A stretch of DNA of 63,382 nt, the filler included, from Basidiobolus ranarum (Eukaryota), in assembly GCA_040143965.1 (NCBI GenBank). It is 33 parts of 33 records of this genome, joined end to end, with 100 filler letters (N's around TTAATTAATTAA, not from the genome) between each part and the next. Parts side by side here need not be neighbours in the genome. Positions count along the whole stretch, not along the records: positions 11,591 to 13,419 come from JASJQH010004251.1; positions 13,520 to 15,347 come from JASJQH010004252.1; positions 15,448 to 17,275 come from JASJQH010004253.1; positions 17,376 to 19,202 come from JASJQH010004254.1; positions 19,303 to 21,129 come from JASJQH010004255.1; positions 21,230 to 23,055 come from JASJQH010004256.1; 27 more parts are not named here. The stretch is one strand, 5' to 3'. Each line of letters starts with the position of its first letter. The stretch's first letter is position 1. The notes beneath the pieces were generated by a model. It saw only the letters and a program-made list of their open reading frames with translations. It was not told the origin of the DNA and ran no database searches. Shown piece after piece: positions 11,688 through 23,155 of this stretch. The position numbers were made by a program, and so were the translations under genes.

Positions 11688-13419
11688 CAGATTTGTTTTG
11701 GTAAATCTTCATCATGAAGCATTGATCTTGCCTTTTTCATTATGGATCTGTTTGCACTCTCTGGTACTCCATTCTGCTGTGGGGGATATGGTACTGTAGT
11801 CTGCTGTTTTATCCCATGTGTTGAGCAGAAGTTATAGAAGAGTTTAGAGGTATGTTCCCTTCCATTATCAGTATGGATAATCTGAATCTTTAATCCTGAT
11901 TCAGTCTCCAATATTGCTTTGAATTTCTTGAAGATATCATAGGCTTCATCCTTACTGGCCAGAGAGTACACCCAGGTATACTTTGTCTTATTGTCATTAA
12001 AGGTCATAAAATATCTTTTTGTATCCAAGGATTTTGTCTGCATTAGGCCCCTCAGATCTGAGTGTATCAGGCCCAATTCCTGATCACTTTTGCTCATTCC
12101 AGAGCCCACAAATGGCTGTCTGTGTTGCCTACTATATAGGCAACCTTTACATAGATCCAGATATGGGGGAATTAAAAAATATAGTCCCAAAACCATCTGG
12201 TTTTTGATTAAATATCTCATATTTTCAGCTCCTAGATAGCCCAATCTCCTATGCCAGATTTTCCAGTCTATCTCTTCAGCTATGGCAGTATTAGCTTGTT
12301 CATATATTAGCCTAATATAATGAAGTTTATACTTGTTATTTTGCTTAGCTCTAGAAGCTATGTAATTTCATTCTTGATCCCTGAGTGTATAGCCATATTG
12401 ATCAAAATTCAAGCTATTTCCCTCAGATGTAACTTTACTCACAAATAACAAATCTTTTGCTATCCCAAACACATATAGCATGTTTTGTAGTATCAAATAC
12501 ATGTCCTCAGAGATGCCTCCAAGATCCACTTCAATATCTCCTGCTTCCATAGCTTTGGGTGGCCAGTCATCTCCCGTATAAACCTTCATGTTTATGTCAG
12601 TTGTGAGTTTCTTAAACCAGTTTTTATAATTAGAGAATGTTGAGAGGTTCCAGAATCAATATATCACTTCCTACAGTCTTGTTTGGAGGTCACTGATAGG
12701 GCAGAAATGAATAAAACTTCCTGTTTGGTTGAAACTTGATTTGCTTGTTTTGACTTTACATTTTGTTGTAATATCTTGATTTGCAATCTTTTAATGCATG
12801 TCCTGGTTTGTTATAACCATAGCTTAAACCAGGTATCCTTCTTCTGTAACCTTTGTACTTGCCAATGCTATGTTTTCCAACTCCAAAAAAGCCACTTCCT
12901 CAGATTCTTTTTCTAAATTCTTACTTCTGAGGTGTTGATCTATTAGTCTTGCCACCACAAACTCCAAAGATACCTTGTTCGATTTTGCTTCCAAAGCTGT
13001 GACCAAGTTTGAATACTGTTCTGGTCAACTAGTTAGAAGAGTCATAGTGACATCTTCTTGCTGTAAAGTTGTTTAGTGACTCCAGAGTAAATATACCACA
13101 ACCTACAGTCTTGTTCAGAGGTCACTGATAGGACAGAAAAAAGTAAAACTTCCTCTTTGGTTGAAACCTGATTTACTTCTTCTGACTTCTCATTTTTGTT
13201 GTAATTTCTAGATTCACAATCTTTTAACTGGTGTCCTGGTTTCCTTCTTCTGTAACCTTTGTACTTGCCAAAGCTACATTTTCCAGCTCCAAACAGGGCC
13301 ACTTCCTCAGATTCTTTATCCAAATTCTTACTTCTGAGGTGTTGATTCATTAGCCTTGCCACCACAACCTCTAAAGACAACTTGTCAGATCTTGCCTCCA
13401 AAGCTGTGACCAAGTTTGA
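11688..13419 (-). mobile_element. Ty1/Copia gag-protease-GAG-pre-integrase-integrase remnant with a duplicated gag segment
   Basis: WHRRLGY..CKGC, LIHSDL, HTDNGREH, PQQNGV.E motifs; ORFs 12824-13006 and 13042-13413 are homologous. Confidence 0.9.
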
Positions 13420-13519
13420 NNNNNNNNNNNNNNNNNNNNNNNNNNNNNNNNNNNNNNNNNNNNTTAATTAATTAANNNNNNNNNNNNNNNNNNNNNNNNN
13501 NNNNNNNNNNNNNNNNNNN

Positions 13520-13908
13520 CCAAAATGTATAAATGCTTAATTTCTGGTCAATAAATAATTATCTCACAAAGCTATTCACAACTCCACTTTTCTAAAGTTC
13601 CTCCAAACAGCCCATATTTTCCCAATAACTACTAGGATCAATACAAAGAGGGATGATGTAAGGATGATGTAAGAATGATCAGGTGACCTTCCATGGAAGG
13701 TTTTGGCGGAAATACACTATGTGTGGGATTACATGATTGGTTAGGTTTGATGCAGTGTTCCAAAGAACATGACTTCCATATAGGGTAACCTGGATGAACT
13801 AACAAAAGATTGCCGAGAAGGGATGGCACAGCAGATATGATTTCATAATGTAATAATAGAAGCACTCTATTTGCAGTGGATCAGTATGCCAAGATCAGAA
13901 TCATGACA
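13520..13908. repeat. Two abutting LTR-like segments: family C 3' part (13520 to about 13627, +) and family D (about 13628-13908, -, starts TGTCATGATTC)
   Basis: C recurs at about 38570-38675 (TATAAA and AATAAA motifs); D recurs inverted at 57282-57555. Confidence 0.7.
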
Positions 13909-14674
13909 CATAGTTTTTGATTTTTCTACCCTGTTATGGTTGTGACCATTAATTTGTATATCTAGAAATATTGAAACACACTTCCTTTGCTTCACAGAAG
14001 ATATAAAACTGTGAAGTGAGATTTATCATCAATAGTGATGAGAAAATATTATTGCTTAATTGGTATCTGTGTTTTCATTGGGCCACATAAGTATATATGA
14101 ATATGATCCAATAGATCTTTAGCATTACTAGCTCCTTCCTTTGGAGATGGTTTTCTGGTGATTTTCCCTTGAATATAGCTTTCACAGTTAGTAACATCCA
14201 AGGGCTTGAGATCCATTTCAGTACATAGGCTATTTTTGAATAATAGTTTTACACTATTATATTTTAGATGAACCAAGCACTGATGCCAAGTCATCAAGTG
14301 TCCAGTAGTAATTGTAACAAAGTAAGACACAGTCTCAGTTAATGGTGCAATATCCAGGTGATATAGGTTCCCAATTCTTGTTCCAGTTGCTACTATCAAG
14401 TCCTTTGATTTGTATATGTTTGCTTTTCCTTAGCTGAATTTGACATTAAAATCTTTCTTTTCACATATTCCATTTGAAAATAGGTTTGTTGTCAATGATT
14501 GAATATATAAGATGTTTTCCAAGGTTACAATTACACTTTTGGTTTTGCTTTTTTGTAAGTCAAGTGTTACCTTTCCCATTCCATACACAACCAGTTTGTT
14601 TCTTACAGCTACCATGATGTCCCAAGGTTCTATTCTTCTGTAGTCATGCATTATGCTTCTATTGTGACACATAC
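13909..14674 (-). mobile_element. Ty1/Copia protease/GAG-pre-integrase/integrase remnant
   Basis: TLENILYI.SL.TNLFS, LY.L, WHQCLVHL, CESY..GK, IHIYLCGPM motifs. Confidence 0.85.
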
Positions 14675-14790
14675 AGACTTGTTCCGTTTAGTATTAGTTA
14701 GTGTAACTGGTTATGTAATGATGTAACTATGAGAGATTGAACATTCCGGTTCTTTTTCTTGATCTGTAAAAATATTATGAGATAGCAATA

Positions 14791-15347
14791 GGACTTGTTG
14801 CATTTTATTGAGCCAGATCAGGCCAACTTAAGAGTGTGCCAGCACAAATTGGCATGATTGGGCACTATCTGGCATGATGTTATTTACCATTTTGGAAACA
14901 GTTTATTTGACTTATGTGGTATATTTAGGAAGAGAACTTTAGACATTATTGCACATTCAAAAGATGATGAAATCTTTGTTAATACGGTCTTAAATCTAGA
15001 GCTCTCAATGGATATCTTCAAATATGAATGTATTGAGAATTAATCAAGTTTTTGAGTACTTTGCCTAACTTTGATTGAGGCCCACATGATGCTTTTTCTC
15101 TATACTTTCCTGATACAATGTTAAATCTCTTTAAGAAACCAAAGCTATGTTTTACTCTTGCTCTAAAATGGGAAAGATGTAAGTATAAAGCTTTTGCCTC
15201 TTTGTGAGTATCTTTCCTCTGGGCCTCTTGTTAGCTGTGACACATCCTAGCCTTCTGCATTCTTCCCCAACATATGCCAAATCAGCCATAGTCTTCACAT
15301 ATCTTACAAATGGTGCATGCCTCTCAACCCAAAGCCTTTTGTCATGG
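14791..15347 (-). mobile_element. IS5/PIF-Harbinger/ISL2EU-type (DDE_Tnp_4-like) transposase C-terminal remnant with probable 3' terminus GGACTTGTTGC at 14791
   Basis: Minus-strand translation MADLAYVGEE...NKRPRGKILTKRQK/HLSHFRARVKHSFGFLKRFNIVSG matches the D.GY.G and R..VEH.FG.LKRF motifs; one frameshift. Not in the ORF track. Confidence 0.75.
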
Positions 15348-15447
15348 NNNNNNNNNNNNNNNNNNNNNNNNNNNNNNNNNNNNNNNNNNNNTTAATTAAT
15401 TAANNNNNNNNNNNNNNNNNNNNNNNNNNNNNNNNNNNNNNNNNNNN

Positions 15448-15748
15448 CAGCCAACAAAGGGCTCTTTTCAATGTGCTCATGGGATTTTGCATTGCCTGAG
15501 CACAATAACAGCAACAAAGCCCAATCCATGGACACAGAGTAAATACCTCTATAATTGGACCAATTTGCTTGTGTGATAATCTGATGGTATTTTTAGGAAA
15601 GCTGCAAGACAGACTTCTTGGTGAGATAGATTGAGATACACAGTATTATCATTTTAGCTATGGGGTAATCTATTCAAGCAATGACACAACTACTTGTGGC
15701 AGGACAATTGTTGACTTCAAGTCAGGAATATGTTGGCTGAATTCTTTA
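15448..15748 (+). mobile_element. CACTA transposase C-terminal fragment
   Basis: Homologous to 35800-36100. Confidence 0.85.
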
Positions 15749-17375
15749 GAGTTGTAACACTCAATTGGACACTATAAGAAGCAAAATGGCACTATTCTAC
15801 CACGATCAGACACAATGATTTTATTGGAGATATTGTGCCAGCCCATACTGAGTTACCTATTTAGTATTCCCAAATTACAATTTTGGGTAACTGACAAAGC
15901 AAGTTCATCCCCTAGTTTGTATCTTACAAATTACTGAATGTGTAAAAATAAACAATTTATCCTGTAACTTACCCAATCAAATGAATAACCAAGACATTCA
16001 CATGTTTTTAGGCTAATCATTTGTCCCTCACTCACACAGTATCCTGATTTTCAATTGGACACATCAGCTCTTGCATTACAAAACACCAGTAGTTTTGGCA
16101 CACCGGTGACAAATCACAGCACTCCATGATGGAATGATATGCAGTATGATAGTAGTGATCAGGATTGCTTGATTCATCATTTTTAGATCAGCAAATTATT
16201 CATTCACTCATGTTAGCTTGTAATTGGGTGAAAATGTGAACGGATTGAGCCATATTTAGCCAATACAGCTGCGCAAGCTTTTTATTGACAGACATTCTTC
16301 ATTTGATAGTAGTGAAATTGTTTGTATTAATAGGCTATCATTGATTTTTTTGATATATGACAATTTCACACTATCAATGTTTCATAAACACATAAGCAAT
16401 TGTGATCAAACTAAAGCAATTTATGATATATTTAACTGCAATCCATATGGATTTTGCATGATGCACTAAACAGTAAAGATAGGATAATGTAAGTATTAAC
16501 AAGTGTATTTAGCATACAAATTCAGCACCTCAAGATGCTCACAAAATTAGTGCTAATGTCTGAACTAACCAATGGATTCTTTTCAAATTTTGCACAGAGC
16601 TGCAACATTACATGATGCCAGTGTGTTCAAAGTTTCAAAGCCGCAGCTGCCTTATTAGTGATCTTATTGGCACTTTGATGCTAAGCCACCCACTCATAGC
16701 TTTATTCTCAGCCACCAATTCATAGCATTTATTGTAAGCTGTTTCTTGATATAAGCAACCCTTCCCACTTTTGAAAATGCTTCTAGCCTTAGCACCATCC
16801 AAAACTGCACGATACTCTTTATCCTTTCCTTAACTAGATATTCTACCCTGTATCATAGTAAGATAGTAAAAATTCCTATTGCAACTCAACTAGGCTTAAC
16901 TATTGAAGATTGCAGTACAGATTCTTTCATAGTTATCTTCACTTTTACAGCCATAGAAAATTTTCAACTCTTAATCAAAGTCTTAGCCAATCTCAAAAGA
17001 ACCATATCTTTTTCTTCTGACTTCAAGTTAGAGAAACCACCAGAGTTTTATCTACCCTTGTACTATTGAGGATTTTTGATAGTTCTTTTATCAGAAATAA
17101 TCTTTTCTCATAAATTCTTCAAGCTATTGACATACTAAAGTGTGTCTTGACCCTTTGAAGATAGAGTGAAGAATTTATCTCCTATTGATATTTTTAAGCT
17201 TGCAGTATAAAAAATTCAGCTTTACTGGAGATTTTTAGTGGGATTAAGCTTTATTACTGAATATTTAAGTTAACANNNNNNNNNNNNNNNNNNNNNNNNN
17301 NNNNNNNNNNNNNNNNNNNTTAATTAATTAANNNNNNNNNNNNNNNNNNNNNNNNNNNNNNNNNNNNNNNNNNNN

Positions 17376-17692
17376 GCTGGAATACAAGGCCTAAAATATC
17401 TAAATAAAGGCATGCATATTAATTTGAATTCCTACAGCAGTAAACCCAGTAATTTGCCATTTGAAAATTATATTTTTGCAAAAATTCCTGCATATTGAAT
17501 AACGCATGCCAAATTTGAGGATCAATATTTTAACATGTATGAATACCGTTAAGATACTGTCAAGAACCCGCCGTTACACCTTCAAAATCCCTGGCAGAAT
17601 GCAAGCCGGCAATATTGTGACGGTTCTCTGAGGTTTTGCTATTTTGGAGGATGGATCCGATCCGGATCAAATTGATTTTATTTTTGTCAGGG
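17376..17692 (+). mobile_element. CACTA family right end (terminus ...TTTTTGTCAGGG)
   Basis: Follows the transposase stop; same terminus at 27071 and 32400 in reverse orientation. Confidence 0.85.
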
Positions 17693-18864
17693 GAATTGGT
17701 GGTTTTCACTTATTCACTCTTTGGGTAGAAAGTTGACATTCATAGTTTTGTCAAAATGTAAGCAAACTAATGTTTAGAATGTGCTAAAGAAGGTCCCAAG
17801 AACATGTGTGTAAAGTCTGGGGCTACTAGCACAAGTTTGAAACATCTATATATCTGAGAACTCCTAAGTTGGTCACAATATTTGAAGTAAACTCGGATTG
17901 ACAATATTGTGTTATATCTTAGTGAAATATGAGATAACCAAGTACCAAGCTATTTATGACTATATAGGTGTTCAGGCAAGGCTATTTTCAACATATTAAG
18001 TAAGAGATATTGAAGACAGGAGATCAGCAATGCAATGTTTACTTCTTTGCTCTAATGGAGCTATTTCTTGGAATTCAAAGAAACAACCTACCATGCCACT
18101 TTAAACTTCAGAAGCAGAATACATGACTCCTTGTGAAGCAACTGAAGAAGCAATATGGTTAGGAAAGTTCTTAAAAGATTGGGACTACTCTCATATTCGC
18201 CAAGTATAATATTTAATGATAATCCAAGTTGATCAAATTATGTAGAAATCTCACATATTGTACTAAAAGCAAACATATAGGTATTAGATATTAGTTTTTT
18301 AGAGTGGTTGTAGTGAATAAGTTTGTTGACTTAACTCATTGTTCTATTGAAAACATGATTGCTGATATGTTATCCAAACCATTAGCCTGGCAGAAATTTG
18401 AGAATTTTAGACCTTACTTAGGATTAGTTTATGTGACTATTTAGTTCAGGGAGAGTGTTGAAAGTAGCATTGCCTCAGCACCTATATAGTTGTATATAGC
18501 TTAGCATTTAGTTATCCTGTTTTTCACTAAGTTAGCATCCACTATTCTCAATTGGAATCTATATAGAGTGCTTTTAGCAACTTAGAAGTTCTCAGATATA
18601 TAGATTCTCCAAACTTGTGCTGGAAGTCCCATACTTTGCACACATGTTCCTGGAATCTTTCTTAACACATCCTACATGCTAGTTTGTTTATTCCTGACAA
18701 AGGTATAAAGGTCAGCTTTGAACTTAATAAATCAATAAGTGAAAACCACCATTTTCCTTAATTCTCCAAGCCACTTCCAAGAGGCGCTCAAATACTTTAA
18801 CAAAGACCACTAATTTCCCTAATTCCCCAAACTTCTTCCAACAGGCTCCCAAAATAGTTTAACA
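17693..18864. mobile_element. Copia family B: inverted partial LTR (17693-17993), RNase H remnant (+), PPT AGGGAGAG, full LTR 18456-18802, extra LTR 3' end (to 18864)
   Basis: WNSKKQPT, SEAEYM, ADMLSKP motifs; TG...CA LTR of 347 bp homologous to 53906-54253. Confidence 0.88.
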
Positions 18865-19124
18865 ATATATGTCCCAGAGATTCACAATCAAGGAACTACA
18901 TTCTGCCAAAAGCTTTCCAAAGCCCAGTAACACTATCAGACTACAATTTGACCAAAGGTCTAGCTAAAATGCTATATTGGGGATACAAACTTGACTCTAT
19001 CAAAATGAAATGTGGTTTGTCTATGGCTAGTCACATAAATTGGTTTGAGGCTATGGCAAAACAACACATATCCATTGAAACACTTCTAGATGAGGATGGC
19101 ATAGTCATTTTACATTACATGTTA

Positions 19125-19202
19125 CCCTAACAGAAATTTGAGGATTGTTATCGTAGGAAAACCATCACAATTTTAATCCATTTGGGGTTGACCGTTTACT
19201 TA
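19125..19202 (+). mobile_element. CACTA family left end (CCCTAACAGAAATTTGAGG...)
   Basis: Same terminus at 39518, 40103 and, inverted, 56539. Confidence 0.8.
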
Positions 19203-19302
19203 NNNNNNNNNNNNNNNNNNNNNNNNNNNNNNNNNNNNNNNNNNNNTTAATTAATTAANNNNNNNNNNNNNNNNNNNNNNNNNNNNNNNNNNNNNNNNNN
19301 NN

Positions 19303-19855
19303 CACTTTTATCATTCTGGTGGTCCCTTTGGCTCTATTTCTTCTCCTGTAACAAATCCCCAAAGGTCCTTGTCTTCTAGCACCATTTGCATCCTGAACTT
19401 CCAAAGGTGAAAGTCTTCATCATCAAACTTCTCTGTGGATGCAAAAATATTGGTAATAGTACTGGTAGACATTCCTTTAACAGCTAGCTTGGGGCTCATA
19501 AATTGACAAAAGTGTTTAGGGGATTTGGAAGTGTTTTGGCCAAGATTTGGATATGTGTATTAGACACTTATGCTTTATTGAATTGAATATGTCCTCTTTA
19601 TAGTTTACTATGAAAGATGACTATTGGATGTGCTTAGATCATCACAAACATGCCTGTTAAGCTTGGGTGAAAATTTGAGATGATTTGGAGAAGTTTAGAG
19701 AAAAAAGTGAAAATTGGTAAAAGTGATCTAATTGATATTTCCATTAATTAGGGCAATAAACACACGTTTTTGAATGACAGAATTGAGTGCTAAATAATCA
19801 GAATATGAATTAACTAACTACTAAATAATGAGTTGCTATTTACCTAATTTTAACA
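19303..19855 (-). mobile_element. Copia family A 5' LTR (19504-19855), PBS (19492-19503) and gag start
   Basis: TG...CA LTR; gag N-terminus EKFDDEDFHLWKFRMQMVLEDKDLW. Confidence 0.9.
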
Positions 19856-19909
19856 CTATTTTCCTCTTTGGGAGTTATTGCTTGTACCACAAGTCACCAG
19901 CTTTCAACA

Positions 19910-21129
19910 CTAGCCAATATGTAGCTTTTGAACTGAGTCTATTTTGATGGGATAGGGGCAGCAAGGTACAGGCATGTCTTCAACAATATTGTAGAGAGTT
20001 TTCTCTTGTACAACAAGCTCCTCTGATTCTTGAGAAATTGATTACTCAACTTCCTCCCTACTAGTTCTGAGAATGGTTGGTCCTCAAAAAGTTGTGTTAT
20101 TATGCTGAAATAGACAAGTTTTTCCAAGCACTATGTCATACTCATAACTCTCAGCCAAGAAAGTTTTATATGATTGTGGTAGTTTCATATGGTAATCAGC
20201 AAGGGACTTGTATTTTAACTCGTTGAGAGTGCCATTCTATCTGCAGTTGAAACTGAAGATGGAGTAGGCTCTGTGTAGATTCTTGCTTTGTAGGCAAACT
20301 GGGATCATAGTTTTTCATAAGATACTGAGTTCATCTTTATTTTTGCAGCAGTTGTGTTTCTAACCCAATATGATATAGTATTTCTCTTGCATACTCATTC
20401 ACATTACAAAGTTATTCAGCAGGCTGTTGCAAAGTGTTCTCAGCTACTTCTTCCTCATTGTAGTCCAACTCATATTCTCAGAAATATCCAAGCTCCTCTT
20501 ACTTTCTTTTGGCTTTCTCTATGGATGCTATTAAATTCAATGTACCTTCTTATGGCCTGTGAAACACAATTATCATTGCTTACATTTTTCATTAGTGAGC
20601 TCTCTAAGGATGGAATCCATCCCCATGGGAGTTTCTTCCATTAGTGTCTTTGGTTACCTCTGAAGTTGCCTGTTCTACATAGCATCAGGTCTACCTTCAC
20701 CATACATGGCTGTGTTGAAGATAATCACAATCAAGATTGCCTGCTCTAAGCTGTTAAGGGCTTAGCATATTATTTTCATTTTGGTTCTTCCTTTCCAGCA
20801 TTCAAAAAATTGTTGCCCTTTGTTTAGTTGACGTATACAGTTGATCTGGCCCATTAAGCTTCTGAAGCAATGTATACATTTCTGCAAGGTCTCTATTGGC
20901 TTCGGTTGTTCTAGTTTTCTTCTAAGTAGCTGCTGTGAATGTGCCGGTTCAATGGCATTCCAAATTTCATTGACAAATGGCTCCCATGTACCAAATGCTA
21001 ATAGTACTCCTAATACCGGTGCTCTGGCACTGTCACAATACCACTCAATGGCTGCATTGTTCAGATAGAAAGCTGCATGATGTATCCTGCTTGCATCTTG
21101 AACTCCTCTGGTATAAATGTCTTCCTCTA
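19910..21129 (-). mobile_element. Ty3/Gypsy gag (Retrotrans_gag-type) remnant and downstream sequence
   Basis: Minus-strand AAFYLNNAAIEWY...TWEPFVNEIWNAIEPAHSQQLLRRKLEQ...FRSLMGQI...SLEQAI and a decayed zinc knuckle. Confidence 0.72.
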
Positions 21130-21229
21130 NNNNNNNNNNNNNNNNNNNNNNNNNNNNNNNNNNNNNNNNNNNNTTAATTAATTAANNNNNNNNNNNNNNN
21201 NNNNNNNNNNNNNNNNNNNNNNNNNNNNN

Positions 21230-21901
21230 ATACAAGAAGCTATGTGGTTTAAAAAGTTATTTACAGACTTAGGATACATGCAAAAACGTGCTATTACTGT
21301 GTTTGAAGAAAATCAAAGTTGTAGTTCATTAGCTAAAAACCCTACATTTCATGCTAGAACTAAACACATAGATATTTGGCATCACTTTGTTATAGAAGCA
21401 ATGGAGAATGATATAATTGAACTTGTCTATTGCCCTACTGAAGAAATGATAGCTGATATCATCACCATACCTTTAGCTAAAGCACAATTTGAATTATTAT
21501 GATACAAGTTAGGTTTTAGAGGAATACAAGATAATTAGTTGAGTGGGGGTGCTGAAATTTGATAAATAGCAACTCATTATTTAGTAGTTAGTTTATTCTT
21601 ATTCTGATTATTTAGCACTCAATTCTGTCATTCAAAAAATGTGCTTTTATTGCTCTAATTGATATTTCTATCAATTAGAACCCTTTTACCAACTTTCACT
21701 ATTTTCTCAAAACCTTTCCAAATCACTTCAAATTTTCACCCATGCTTAATAGAAATGTTATTATGATCTAAGCACATCCAATAGTCCTATTTCATAGTGA
21801 ACTATAAATAGGGCATTTTCAATTTAATAAAACTTAAGTGTCTAATTCACAAATCCAAGTCTTGTCCAAAGCACTTCCAAATCTCTCAAACACTTTTATC
21901 A
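21230..21901 (+). mobile_element. Copia family A RNase H end, PPT (GAGTGGGGG) and 3' LTR (21550-21901)
   Basis: FHARTKHIDIWHHF, YCPTEEMIAD; LTR ends TATCA. Confidence 0.92.
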
Positions 21902-23055
21902 GTTTTAAACTTGGAAATTGAAATAGGCACCTCATTGGATCTGTGTAAAGGTTGCATAAATGAAACTCATCAGACACAGTTTTCTAGCTATGGGGAGATC
22001 AAATCCAATCAAACTCTTGCCCTGATTCATCCTGTCCTATGTTGGCACATGAAAAAATGTCTCACTAGGTAGCAAAATGTACTTATGACCTTTATTGATA
22101 ATAAAACAATATATACCTGGGTATTATTTCTCAAATCAAAATCTAAAGCCTTAGCTAAGCTCATGCACTACAAAGTAATAGTAGAGAAAGAAACAGCACA
22201 AAAAAAATGGGGACTAAGGAGTGATAATAATGGAGAATACTACTCTAAAGACTTTGCTAGTTTTTGTTTTAAACATGGAATTAAGCAACAAACTACCATA
22301 CCTTTAACTCAACAGCAAAATGGAGTTGCAGTACATGAATATTGGTTTATAGTGGAGATAGCAACATCCATATTAAATGAGCAAAAGTTAGATTACCATT
22401 ATTTGGCTGGATCTGTCTCCACTACAGTCTATGTCAAAAACAGATGCCCCACAAGATTGCTATAAAATTCTTCTCCATTTGAAGCCCTATCTGGATTAAT
22501 ACCAAGTATGGGTCATCTTGAGATCTTTGGGTGCATAGCATATTGCCTCATTCCAGCTTATAAATACTCTAAATTGGAGCCCAAAATCAGAAAATGTATA
22601 TTTCTTGGATACTGTGTTGGATCTAACACCTAAACACTGCTTGATATCAAAAATCAGAAGTTAATTAAGTACAGAGATATGATATTTGATGAAAATGCAA
22701 ATGTTTAACCTCAAGTTATAGTTCTGGTTCCAGAAACACAATCAGCACTATTCAGGAAGTGTCCAAAAAAATTCCAGCTGTATCTGAGCCCAACTCAACC
22801 AATATTCCAGCTCCAATTACATTAGAGGATTTGTTCAAGCTCGAGAAGATCCTTGAGAAGGAGGAATGAGTCAGGTAACTAGTGGAGCACTTCCAATTAT
22901 GATGACTATGCTTGTACTACATTCTGTCAAAAGCCACAGACTTTAGATCAAGATCTGGAGTGACCAGAATCAGAATTATGGGTAAAAGCAATGTCTGACA
23001 AGTTTTCTTTACTGTAGGAATATAAAGAATGGGTTTTAAGTCCTCTACCAGCTGG
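21902..23055 (+). mobile_element. Ty1/Copia integrase to RT-start remnant
   Basis: MTFIDNKT, LRSDNNGEY, QQNGVA, IFLGYC motifs; homologous to 33120-34255. Confidence 0.9.
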
Positions 23056-23155
23056 NNNNNNNNNNNNNNNNNNNNNNNNNNNNNNNNNNNNNNNNNNNNT
23101 TAATTAATTAANNNNNNNNNNNNNNNNNNNNNNNNNNNNNNNNNNNNNNNNNNNN

